Part shown: positions 46,894-55,521 of the stretch, in pieces | Layout: each line of letters opens with the position of its first letter | Position numbering within the stretch: the stretch's first letter is position 1 | Virus record (IMG/VR): IMGVR_UViG_3300020473_000011 | Span: 217,558-281,557 of that record | Strand: one strand, 5' to 3' | DNA: 64,000 nt | Made by a program: the position numbers and the translations under genes | Notes under the pieces: generated by a model | The model's input: only the letters and a program-made list of their open reading frames with translations | Told to the model about the DNA's origin: nothing | Database searches by the model: none

Positions 46894-46903
46894 TACTCTT
46901 CAC

Positions 46904-47425
46904 TCATTGGATTTTATTAAATACATTTTTAACCGCAGCTTTCAGCCCACTGAATAGCCCTAGGTTTTCTGGATGTTCGTTTATGGCCAGCCCTGACTCA
47001 CCGTTCCACACAAGCTTGCTATCACTCTCTGATAGCACATCATTCTCGTACATGACTATGTGCGTAGGCACTTCTAGCTCACCTGCCAAAAAGTGAATGG
47101 CACGCTCCGTTAGCTGGTAATGGCCAATGCCCTTATCTGAGCGCTTGATCAAACCCCAAAAACGCAACTTGGTTGCATCGCCACGGATCGCCGAATTACA
47201 GTCGGCTAGCTTGAGCACATTTTCAAGATGAAATGCTGTGTGAACTGACCCACTCGTATACTCGTGTAACAAGCGTAAAGCTTGGATCATCGACGGGTTC
47301 AGTGCACGCTTATAGGCGCGCTTCGTTGTGTAACAACAAGGACAGGTCGTTTTTAAATCAGCATCAAACTCTGAATACATTTTCGATTGAGCATCAGCTA
47401 CTGTCATTTCAGTTTCGGTGGTCAT
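46904..47425 (-). CDS. Hypothetical protein with CPCC motif, possible winged-helix
   Basis: AGGAG RBS before MTTETE; TCPCC; LRFWGLI..YQLTERA. Confidence 0.6.
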   Translation of the reverse strand: MTTETEMTVADAQSKMYSEFDADLKTTCPCCYTTKRAYKRALNPSMIQALRLLHEYTSGSVHTAFHLENVLKLADCNSAIRGDATKLRFWGLIKRSDKGIGHYQLTERAIHFLAGELEVPTHIVMYENDVLSESDSKLVWNGESGLAINEHPENLGLFSGLKAAVKNVFNKIQ

Positions 47426-47435
47426 CAATACGCTC

Positions 47436-47888
47436 CTAAATCTCGCCGCTACACCACGACTTTTTCTTTCCGCCGTAGTACTCATAGGCTAACCCTGCGT
47501 CAATTAACGCATTTGATAGCAGCACACCATCGACTTTTACGTCCGCTAAAATACGGAAATACTTATCGCGTTGAAGGTTGTGAAGGGTGATCTGGCCACG
47601 CTGTACGAACTGCTGAGTAAACGCTTTAGCTTCATCGCCTAGCGTATCTTCTCTCGCACACTCGTAGCCACGGATCTCAGGGGTATCAACACCGTTAACA
47701 CGGATATTAATTTCATGACCGATAATAGCTGGCCAGCCCTTGATATTTAGTTTGATGGTGTCCCCGTCGTAAACGGAAACTAGCTCAATCACACCAACCG
47801 ATTGCTCGTAGGTTTTTGCGTGCGCCGCAGGGGCTAGGCTAATTGATGCCGTTGCAAATAGGGCAGTCGCTAGGTGGCGTAAACTCAT
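47436..47888 (-). CDS. Thermonuclease (SNase) family protein with signal peptide
   Basis: VYDGDTI, IRVNGVDTPE, DKYFRILADV, LIDAGLA. Confidence 0.88.
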   Translation of the reverse strand: MSLRHLATALFATASISLAPAAHAKTYEQSVGVIELVSVYDGDTIKLNIKGWPAIIGHEINIRVNGVDTPEIRGYECAREDTLGDEAKAFTQQFVQRGQITLHNLQRDKYFRILADVKVDGVLLSNALIDAGLAYEYYGGKKKSWCSGEI

Positions 47889-48023
47889 CGTCTCTATCTC
47901 ACTATCTCACAGTCTCAAACGCGCAATGGTGCGCACTCAGCATTGTACAATACATTTTAGTGCCTTGTACAATGTTTTGTACTATACTGCGGTTCTGAGA
48001 TTTTGAGAATTTTAGGGGCAAAT

Positions 48024-48566
48024 ATGTACGCTGTCATACATGACACCTACTACCGTGACACACCTGAGCGTATACAGCTAAGTGGCATGGTTTCACTTAA
48101 AGATGATTGCAGATTCATGATCACAGCTGATTACAAAGCTGGGCATGCGCCTGATGAAGCTGGCGATTCACGCAGGCCGCCAATGAGTGCCACTATTGTA
48201 TTTAGTGGTGAAGAACTTAAAGACCTGTTGTTAAATAAGCGCTATACGGAAGCTGTGCCATTAAAACCCGATGATATTCGCGAAACCCTATTGAAGTGTG
48301 CCCACGTATCAACCACGGGCAAGCGATGGGATAACCTGCACCTTACAATTGGCGAAATAACGCGTAGTAGCGTTATGCTGGTGTTGCGCGCAAATGTGTT
48401 GTCTAACGAAGTTATGACACTCGCGCTACCACTAGGTGTGCTCGATGAGCTACTTAGCTCAACTATCTACTTAGAGAAAAATCAGCGTGTTCGTGAACTG
48501 GTACTCACGTGGCCAACGGTTAACTACCGTAACTTACTCAAGGCAACGGCTACGACTCTCGGCTAA
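48024..48566 (+). CDS. Hypothetical protein
   Basis: AGGGG RBS before MYAVIH. Confidence 0.6.
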   Translation: MYAVIHDTYYRDTPERIQLSGMVSLKDDCRFMITADYKAGHAPDEAGDSRRPPMSATIVFSGEELKDLLLNKRYTEAVPLKPDDIRETLLKCAHVSTTGKRWDNLHLTIGEITRSSVMLVLRANVLSNEVMTLALPLGVLDELLSSTIYLEKNQRVRELVLTWPTVNYRNLLKATATTLG

Positions 48567-48864
48567 ACAATCCACCTCGCTTTAGCTTTCGTCCGCGTTC
48601 GACAATTAGTTCGATAAGCTCGATCAAGACGTCAACATGACAAGCCTGATGCTTCTTACAAAAGCAGCCTAGTCGTTTACCTTGCAGGCGATGCAGCTGC
48701 TTTACTAGGTGTGGTTGGCTGAGTATGTGGTCGCGATAGAGTTTTAGTACCTGCTGTCGCGTCAGGCCATTCTTTATTCGAAAGGGATTGCCCCATTTAC
48801 TGGGGCGGTGAACAGGTATGTCACACTGCTCTGTGAGTACGTTAACGCGTGTGGTTTTATTCAT
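48550..48864 (-). CDS. DUF4326-family protein
   Basis: RPSKWGNPF, LQGKRLGCFC..ACHVDVL. Confidence 0.8.
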   Translation of the reverse strand: MNKTTRVNVLTEQCDIPVHRPSKWGNPFRIKNGLTRQQVLKLYRDHILSQPHLVKQLHRLQGKRLGCFCKKHQACHVDVLIELIELIVERGRKLKRGGLFSRES

Positions 48865-49259
48865 TACCTTAGTTTTAGTATCTCAGGATTTGCAAGCTTG
48901 TCACGCGCTATCGTTAGGTCGTTCCCACCGTCTGCATTTGATGACGTTGGCAAGTCCCAGTAACAAAGCCCTTTGCGTACCAGTGCATTCGCTGTATTAA
49001 TGGTTGCGCGGCGTGACCAGCCCATAGAAAACGAAAGATGGTCGCTGTTTTCGCTATCTTTTTGCAGTATAACAAAGAGCAACATTAGTTGGTTTTCATT
49101 CAGTGATGAAAAGGTTTCCATTGTGTAAGCCGTAGGGAACGCATCAAGATAGCGGGCACTCCGCTCATCGAGGTTTTCTTTCTTGTCCCCGAAACATAGT
49201 TTCTCAAGGATTATTTCTTCTATGCGCTCAGCGCTATTAATTTTCATGATTATCTCCAT
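48864..49259 (-). CDS. Hypothetical protein
   Basis: Operonic 1-nt overlap. Confidence 0.55.
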   Translation of the reverse strand: MEIIMKINSAERIEEIILEKLCFGDKKENLDERSARYLDAFPTAYTMETFSSLNENQLMLLFVILQKDSENSDHLSFSMGWSRRATINTANALVRKGLCYWDLPTSSNADGGNDLTIARDKLANPEILKLR

Positions 49260-49422
49260 CTAGACTTTCGTCCCAAATCATAACGTCGCTGCCGCAACAG
49301 GACGTCTCCCAACCTTCGTCAGTACCGACGGGCTGCGTTTTACCGCAACCGCCGACACATTGAAAGTTTTGCCCCTTGGCTAAAAGGGGCAGTGGCGCTA
49401 GCTCTGCCAGTTCTGATGACAT
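49237..49422 (-). CDS. Small Cys-containing protein
   Basis: CVGGCG...SCCG. Confidence 0.45.
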   Translation of the reverse strand: MSSELAELAPLPLLAKGQNFQCVGGCGKTQPVGTDEGWETSCCGSDVMIWDESLDGDNHEN

Positions 49423-50462
49423 GTTAGTACCCATTCTTTTACTTGGTCGTCAGACAACGACGCGACATATTCGCTCACTGGCATACCTACGGTGCTTTGT
49501 GCGACTTCGCGCATATAACCCATAAACACGCCAAGGCTTTTGCCTGCTGTGCCAGTCCACTCCCTTACCTTCTCAGCACTGTAGCGAGCTTTAACGCGCT
49601 TACGTTCGGCATCACGTACTTCCCGCATAGCGGCATGATCTGCCAGTAGGCGCTTATAGCGCTCGCCAAACTCAGGGAACACCTTAAAAGCACGTGTTAA
49701 CTGTTCTTGTGGTGTCGGAAGTGAATCGACATCAACTTGGACGCCTTTCTCTACCAATGTCTTCCACATCTGCTTGTAACTATCACGCTTGTTATCGCGA
49801 GACCGTGCACGATGGTTACGATTCTCTGTGTTAAAGAAGTTAGGCTGTAAATACGGTGTAGACATCGCATAGTCGATAACTTCTTCAAGCGTGTCGAAGC
49901 CTTTTGCAAAGCGCTCGTAGTCAAAGCCCAAAAACTCTAGCACTGCCTTTGTGTCTGAGCTGACAACCATCTTTTCGATACGCACGGCACTGTTATCAGG
50001 ATCCATCAAGGTATACGTTAAGCCTTTATGGCCATAAGCAAAGCCCATGCTATCCGCAGTACGACCAACGAAGTTACCAAGGTCGTTATAGCTGTAGTAG
50101 CTCAGTGCTGAATCAAAGTGCTCAGACGGCATGAAGATCAAGTCAACTTGAAGTTCACCGAAACCACCTAGTGACCACGTCTGTGTCTCTGGGTTGAAGT
50201 TCTCAGACTTTGACTTAGGGCGAACTAACTCGGTGACACCTAACTGGTCAAGGTTATTTAATACGCGCTCTAGGGCGTTGTTATCTTCTACAAGCAAGTC
50301 TAAGTCGCCAAAGCTTTCCTTGTTACGGTAGTATGGTACGACCTCGATACGGCAATCAGGAAGCACCTGTGCTAATTTGCTCTTAACGTCAGCTGCTAAT
50401 GCCACAAACTCAGCTGCAAGATAGCGACGTGTCTTTGTTTCTAATAATGCCTTACCACCCAT
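49398..50462 (-). CDS. Pol-beta-superfamily nucleotidyltransferase-like protein
   Basis: KESFGDLDLLV (G-D-h-D) and LQVDLIF third acidic residue. Confidence 0.6.
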   Translation of the reverse strand: MGGKALLETKTRRYLAAEFVALAADVKSKLAQVLPDCRIEVVPYYRNKESFGDLDLLVEDNNALERVLNNLDQLGVTELVRPKSKSENFNPETQTWSLGGFGELQVDLIFMPSEHFDSALSYYSYNDLGNFVGRTADSMGFAYGHKGLTYTLMDPDNSAVRIEKMVVSSDTKAVLEFLGFDYERFAKGFDTLEEVIDYAMSTPYLQPNFFNTENRNHRARSRDNKRDSYKQMWKTLVEKGVQVDVDSLPTPQEQLTRAFKVFPEFGERYKRLLADHAAMREVRDAERKRVKARYSAEKVREWTGTAGKSLGVFMGYMREVAQSTVGMPVSEYVASLSDDQVKEWVLTCHQNWQS

Positions 50463-50475
50463 TACGGACTCCTAT

Positions 50476-51828
50476 TTATCGGGTAAAGTTTTGGTCTAAA
50501 AGCGTTGTTTTTAGTAGTGCGCAACGCCAGTTCTTTTGTGCCCTTTTGATAGCCACTCGACGTCGTTTCTTGATTTCTAGGCCAACTTCGATCCCTTTAA
50601 GACCGAGAGAACCTACGTCATCAATCACTGTGTAAGTGGCTGCCTCATGCACCGCCGCCATTATGTCAGCCTGATAGTAGTACACGCGCTCAAAGGTCGG
50701 GCGACCCTGTGCGTCGGCCTCACAGACTAGTAACATTTGTTTGAAGCGCTTTGGTTTCGCTAGCGCCTTGGTTTCTTCCAATAGTTTCAATAGCGCTTTG
50801 TCATTCATCGCGCTGCAAGTGTGAATTTGCGTGTGATGCTTAGCTGTCATCATCGCAAGGTCACGGTATTCATTCGGTATACGTAGTCGTGCTGCCATAT
50901 CTTTAATGATATAGGCACCACGTGGCTCATGCTTTGTATGTCCCTGCATCGGGTTTGTATAAACCGTCGGGACTCTCAAGCGCTGAGCAAGCTCCTGTAA
51001 GTGCTCAGGTAACTCATAGAGGTAAGGGCGTGTTCTGGCCTTACCTAGGTCATGGCAAAGTGCTGCAAAGCGTACGACAGGGTCTGACGTTAATTCACAG
51101 CATCTTTCAAGTACCAAAAGTGTGTGTATGCCCGAGTCAATCTCAGGGTGAAAGTCTGCACGCTGTGGCATACCAAAGAGTGCATCAATCTCAGGCAGTA
51201 CGATAGCTAAGGCTCCGCACTGGCGTAAGACTTCAAAGTAGACCGTTGGCGTCTCTGTCGCAAGGGCTTTCTGTGTCTCTTTCCATACGCGTTCTGGTGT
51301 TAAATGTTCGAGGTCACCGTTCTCGGCCATAAGCGTCATGACGTTCATTGTCTCGTCAGCAACGGTAAAGCCTAGGTGTGCAAAGCGTGCTGCAAAGCGT
51401 GCCGTGCGTAATACCCGTAGAGGATCGTCAAAGTATGCCGAAGATGTGTGACGAAGCACCTTATCTCTGATGTCGCGCATAGCATCTAGCGGGTCAATAA
51501 CTTCATCGTTGACTGCATCGTAAGCCATCGCGTTGATGGTTAGGTCACGTCTACATAAGTCTGACTCTAAACCTACATCAGGGGAGAAGTCGACTTTAAA
51601 GCCCTTATGGCCTGCGGCCACCTTGTATTCAGTACGCGCGAGGGCAAACTCTTCGCCATTTTCGGGATGAAGAAAGACAGGGAAATCTTTGCCGACTTGC
51701 TTAAAGCCATGTTCAAGCATTTGCTCTGGTGTAGCACCGACGACAACCCAATCTCTATCAGAGACAGGTAATCCCAGTAATTTGTCACGGACAGCACCGC
51801 CGACTAAATAGGCTTCCATTGTACTCAC
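50476..51828 (-). CDS. cca: Multifunctional CCA tRNA nucleotidyltransferase with HD phosphatase domain
   Basis: YLVGGAVRD, DRDWVV, VGKDFPVFLHP, ALARTE, RRDLTINAMA, DPLRVLR, HPEIDSGIHT, LCHDLGK. Confidence 0.95.
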   Translation of the reverse strand: MSTMEAYLVGGAVRDKLLGLPVSDRDWVVVGATPEQMLEHGFKQVGKDFPVFLHPENGEEFALARTEYKVAAGHKGFKVDFSPDVGLESDLCRRDLTINAMAYDAVNDEVIDPLDAMRDIRDKVLRHTSSAYFDDPLRVLRTARFAARFAHLGFTVADETMNVMTLMAENGDLEHLTPERVWKETQKALATETPTVYFEVLRQCGALAIVLPEIDALFGMPQRADFHPEIDSGIHTLLVLERCCELTSDPVVRFAALCHDLGKARTRPYLYELPEHLQELAQRLRVPTVYTNPMQGHTKHEPRGAYIIKDMAARLRIPNEYRDLAMMTAKHHTQIHTCSAMNDKALLKLLEETKALAKPKRFKQMLLVCEADAQGRPTFERVYYYQADIMAAVHEAATYTVIDDVGSLGLKGIEVGLEIKKRRRVAIKRAQKNWRCALLKTTLLDQNFTR

Positions 51829-51852
51829 TTCTCAATCTCTCAGGTCTCAAAC

Positions 51853-51879
51853 AAAAAACCACTGCAATGCAGCGGTTTT
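51853..51879 (-). terminator. Rho-independent terminator
   Basis: AAAAAACCACTGC-aat-GCAGCGGTTTT. Confidence 0.7.
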
Positions 51880-51912
51880 CCCATTATGCCTAAGTAAATA
51901 AGCTTGTCAACA

Positions 51913-51936
51913 AATAATCGTTGTACAATGATTATT
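51913..51936. promoter_or_regulatory. Palindromic operator-like site, longest example
   Basis: AATAATCGTTGTACAATGATTATT. Confidence 0.7.
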
Positions 51937-52339
51937 TGTCATCTTTTTTACTTTCGGGGGCATCATCTTGTTTTTCAATGACAACAGGTCGATTACTTCG
52001 ACGGTGCATTGTGAACTTCTCAAAGCCTCGGTAACCAAAACTTGCGCCAATCGACAGCATGAGCATGTTCTGGTACCAGTCGGGCATACTCGCTAGGGCA
52101 GCAAAGCCCGCCTTAATATGTACAACCATGCTGGGGAAGAAGCATAGGATCATAGGGATGGATAAGATTATCGTCCAGTACTCGTCTTTCCAAGATGACA
52201 TAGACCCTTCGGCCATACGGTCTTCCCATCGTTGAATACGTTCGATTTTACCTTCGACTTTCTTTTGTGTGATTTTCTGGCGGCCTTGGAAGTACGTGGC
52301 AACCCAGCCACCAATGGCTGTAAGGGCAGTAAGTGACAT
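51932..52339 (-). CDS. Holin-like membrane protein (3TM family-like)
   Basis: SWKDEYWTIILSIPMILCFFP...MPDWYQ...IGASFGYR. Confidence 0.6.
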   Translation of the reverse strand: MSLTALTAIGGWVATYFQGRQKITQKKVEGKIERIQRWEDRMAEGSMSSWKDEYWTIILSIPMILCFFPSMVVHIKAGFAALASMPDWYQNMLMLSIGASFGYRGFEKFTMHRRSNRPVVIEKQDDAPESKKDDK

Positions 52340-52428
52340 AAACATGCTCCAATAAAAACTTAAAGTCACATATCTCAATTGCTCACTCACTGCACAATTA
52401 TACAACGATTTGGTGGTGGTAAACAGAA

Positions 52429-53049
52429 TTAGTTTGTTAGCATTTCAGCTATCTTAGGGTCGCCCGCAAAGAGGTCAGTTGCTTTTGAAACGGCTTTCTC
52501 CCAGTTCCAACCCATACGAAATAGGGTAGGCAAGTGGTAGACAAAGTAGGCTGCGGCTTCTACAACATTAGCGGGCATTTGAGAGCCTGTTCGTATCTTG
52601 TGCACGACTTCGGGCGTGCCCTCAATACGGAACAGTGGGATGTCATTCGCTTCGGCTTTGCCCCCAAGTGGTATCACTTGGTAGAGTCCATGGGTCACAC
52701 CCCGTGTCACGGTGCAGTAGCTGTAGTGGCCGAGTGACTGGCCATGTGTGCGTGCTAGATTAATGGCAGCTTGTTGGCAGCAATGTTCGAAATCACGGCC
52801 TGCAAGTTCTGTATTGCCCACGACCTGCACAGCTTGACTACCAAGTTGTATTCTGGGGTCGTTTAGGCTCAGTGCTTGACGGTCGGCCTCAATTTTATTG
52901 GTCGCTTTTAAAAACTTCTCTTCGAGGCTTACCTTACGTGCCTCATAGACGAGTCTTAGCTCTTCGAGCTTTTTCTCAAAGCTTTCGTCCAGTTTAGTGC
53001 GCTGTTCGCTAACGTCTTCTTGGGTTACAAGGGCTTCATTAAACTTCAT
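52429..53049 (-). CDS. Hypothetical protein with N-terminal coiled coil
   Basis: ORF track. Confidence 0.6.
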   Translation of the reverse strand: MKFNEALVTQEDVSEQRTKLDESFEKKLEELRLVYEARKVSLEEKFLKATNKIEADRQALSLNDPRIQLGSQAVQVVGNTELAGRDFEHCCQQAAINLARTHGQSLGHYSYCTVTRGVTHGLYQVIPLGGKAEANDIPLFRIEGTPEVVHKIRTGSQMPANVVEAAAYFVYHLPTLFRMGWNWEKAVSKATDLFAGDPKIAEMLTN

Positions 53050-53053
53050 CAGG

Positions 53054-53623
53054 TCACCATGCTGTGACTAGGCAGCTGTTAAGGTTTGCACCTGCGGTGA
53101 CTTCAACTATTTCGCGAGCTTCACGGTTATCGTAGCGACCAAACATCGTAGCGCGTAGGTATTTAAGGGTCTTTGCAATAACTTGGCTTTCGGAGAGTTC
53201 TGGGTTGTTGACGATCAGGTCATCAATGTAGGCTGTTATGATCCCTTCAAGCTTTTCAGCGCCAATTTTTATGGGAAGTACAATGGTCATCACGGCAAGT
53301 TCGTCTTCAAGACGTGCTAGGCGTTGCCCCTTTGATTCACCTTGGCCACGGCCTTGATGATTGTTCAGTGCAATGACACGACCACTTTTAATTTCGTTCT
53401 CAACCATGAGGCCGAATCGGAGCTGGTCACGGTGGGAAGCAGTTGAAGGGTCAGCATATTGTGGCTCCCCGTCATCCGAGAATCCCTTGAGGGTAATTTT
53501 TCCGCGCTGTAGTGCGCCTTCAAGTCGCTTTAATATACTCTTAACTGGTGCTTCGTATACGGTGTTCTTATCACGTAGAGCTTCCAACTGTTCTATTAAA
53601 GAGACCGAGTCATCTGTGCTCAT
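53054..53623 (-). CDS. Hypothetical protein
   Basis: Likely start MSTDDSV immediately after a TTGTACAA site. Confidence 0.55.
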   Translation of the reverse strand: MSTDDSVSLIEQLEALRDKNTVYEAPVKSILKRLEGALQRGKITLKGFSDDGEPQYADPSTASHRDQLRFGLMVENEIKSGRVIALNNHQGRGQGESKGQRLARLEDELAVMTIVLPIKIGAEKLEGIITAYIDDLIVNNPELSESQVIAKTLKYLRATMFGRYDNREAREIVEVTAGANLNSCLVTAW

Positions 53624-53831
53624 CGTTGTACAAGTCTCATTCTTTGAAAGTCGTACTATGAACGATAATTGATGATAGTGCAATGGTGTGTCACCAAAAT
53701 GTTGTACAATGATATTCGCACCGTATGACGGTAACCTCTTAAAAGTAAACCTCTTCTATTGCAACAGAGGGGATTTCAACGTAACATCCACGGCGGCAGG
53801 CTTGTACTAAGAAACTTACACTATCTGCCGC

Positions 53832-54161
53832 ATGATACTAGGGAGACACTACATGACTTCAAAATGGCCATCGAATAGCTTTGTTGCCACCGAAGAAACT
53901 ACAACTTTCCTTCATGAGGGAAAGGACATGTATGAACTTTGGACGGTACTCGCTACAGAGACAGGCAACATCATGCCTGACCTGCTGGGTAATCAGCTTG
54001 GTTCTTCATTTGAGGATGCCGTTGAAAACTGGGTTGATCTGATGGGTGAACTTCATCTATTCGACCCGCTTGCAATGACATACAACGGTTTACCCGTTGT
54101 TGCATCAAGAATGGAAGCCATGGCAATTGGTCAGCAATACACACAGGGCGCGCTCTTATAG
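53832..54161 (+). CDS. Hypothetical protein
   Basis: GGGAG RBS before MTSKW. Confidence 0.55.
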   Translation: MILGRHYMTSKWPSNSFVATEETTTFLHEGKDMYELWTVLATETGNIMPDLLGNQLGSSFEDAVENWVDLMGELHLFDPLAMTYNGLPVVASRMEAMAIGQQYTQGALL

Positions 54162-54200
54162 GTTTGCGCCTTTTATTAATAATTAATTGAGACTTGAGAT

Positions 54201-55040
54201 ATGACACAGTTTGAGAAGCTGAACCACCGTATTTTAACGGAAGGTGTATGGCAACATATTGAGCGCACGGGCAATGCGTGCCTAACCGTCATTGGTGAGA
54301 CATTCGTGTACGATTGTTCAACTGATGAGCACGAAATGGTAACGACGCGTAAAGCGCCTTTTAAGCTAGGTATTGCTGAATTATTAGCGTACTTACGTGG
54401 GGCAACGTCAGCGGCGACTTTCCGTGAGCTAGGTACTAAGTCGTGGGACGCTAATGCCAATGAAAACAAAGCATGGCTAGCCAACCCGAACCGTAAAGGC
54501 GAAGACGACCTCGGTAAAATCTACGGCGCGGTTGCACGTGACTTTGGTGGCTTAGACCTTATCCAAAAGACGTACGATAACTTGAAGTCGGGTAAAGACG
54601 ACCGTGGTGAGGTCATCACGTTTTGGAAGCCTGATGATTTCAAAAAAGGCTGCTTACGTCCATGTATGCACACCCATAACTTTGCACTCCTAGACGGTAC
54701 CCTACACCTTGAAAGCTACCAGCGCAGCTGCGATGTAGCATTAGGACTTGCAGGTGCCAATATGACACAGGTGCAAGTACTGCTTCGCTTAATGGCTCAA
54801 ATCACGGGTCACAAAGCTGGCCGTGCTCGTCACCATATTACGAATGCGCACCTGTACGATGACCAAGTTGAGCTAATGCGTGACGTGCAGCTTACGCGTG
54901 AGCCAATGGCGAATCCTAAAATCTGGATCAACCCAGAAATCAAAACACTTGAAGACGTTCAAACGTGGGTTACTACTGATGACTTTAAGTTGATTGACTA
55001 CAAGTCTCACGACTCAATTTCATATCCATTTTCGGTGTAA
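54201..55040 (+). CDS. thyA: Thymidylate synthase (Vibrio-type ThyA)
   Basis: RTG, TTRK, DDRGE, GCLRPCMH, YQRSCD, NAHLY, YPFSV C-terminus. Confidence 0.95.
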   Translation: MTQFEKLNHRILTEGVWQHIERTGNACLTVIGETFVYDCSTDEHEMVTTRKAPFKLGIAELLAYLRGATSAATFRELGTKSWDANANENKAWLANPNRKGEDDLGKIYGAVARDFGGLDLIQKTYDNLKSGKDDRGEVITFWKPDDFKKGCLRPCMHTHNFALLDGTLHLESYQRSCDVALGLAGANMTQVQVLLRLMAQITGHKAGRARHHITNAHLYDDQVELMRDVQLTREPMANPKIWINPEIKTLEDVQTWVTTDDFKLIDYKSHDSISYPFSV

Positions 55041-55042
55041 CT

Positions 55043-55516
55043 ATGAGCTTTCTTGTCATTGATACCGACAAGTACTCTGCTGAGGCCATTGACCGCATTC
55101 GTGCGGCAATGGCTGCTGAGGACATTGTCGAAGAACCCAAAGCCCTTGTTGTGCCTGAGCAAAATACGCTCTACGCGAGCATATTTCGTGCACTTAACCC
55201 TAAATCTGACTGTATTGACCCAAATAGTGAGTCAGCCCGCACACTTGATGATATGATGCCCGTCGGCAAGCGTATCAGTTTGAGTGTCGAGATTGTGAAC
55301 ACTGACCGTGCGCAAATGCTCTTCGGTACTATGTACGATAAGTACTCAGAGTTGTTCGGCATTCGCGTTCACAGCTGGGGCGCTTACGACATCTTAAAAG
55401 CCCAAGAAGAGCGCCTAAAAACGATGTCGAGTCTTCACGATGAGTTTTATGCAAAACTGCAAGACCTTCGTCATACCGATGACCGCGTCCTGTTGGAAAC
55501 TGAAAAGATAAACTAA
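55043..55516 (+). CDS. Hypothetical protein
   Basis: Operonic with thyA. Confidence 0.6.
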   Translation: MSFLVIDTDKYSAEAIDRIRAAMAAEDIVEEPKALVVPEQNTLYASIFRALNPKSDCIDPNSESARTLDDMMPVGKRISLSVEIVNTDRAQMLFGTMYDKYSELFGIRVHSWGAYDILKAQEERLKTMSSLHDEFYAKLQDLRHTDDRVLLETEKIN

Positions 55517-55521
55517 GCTAT

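Noticed and set aside
53054-53300. YqeY/GatB-like C-terminal helix pattern
   Set aside because: Resemblance too weak to support by eye
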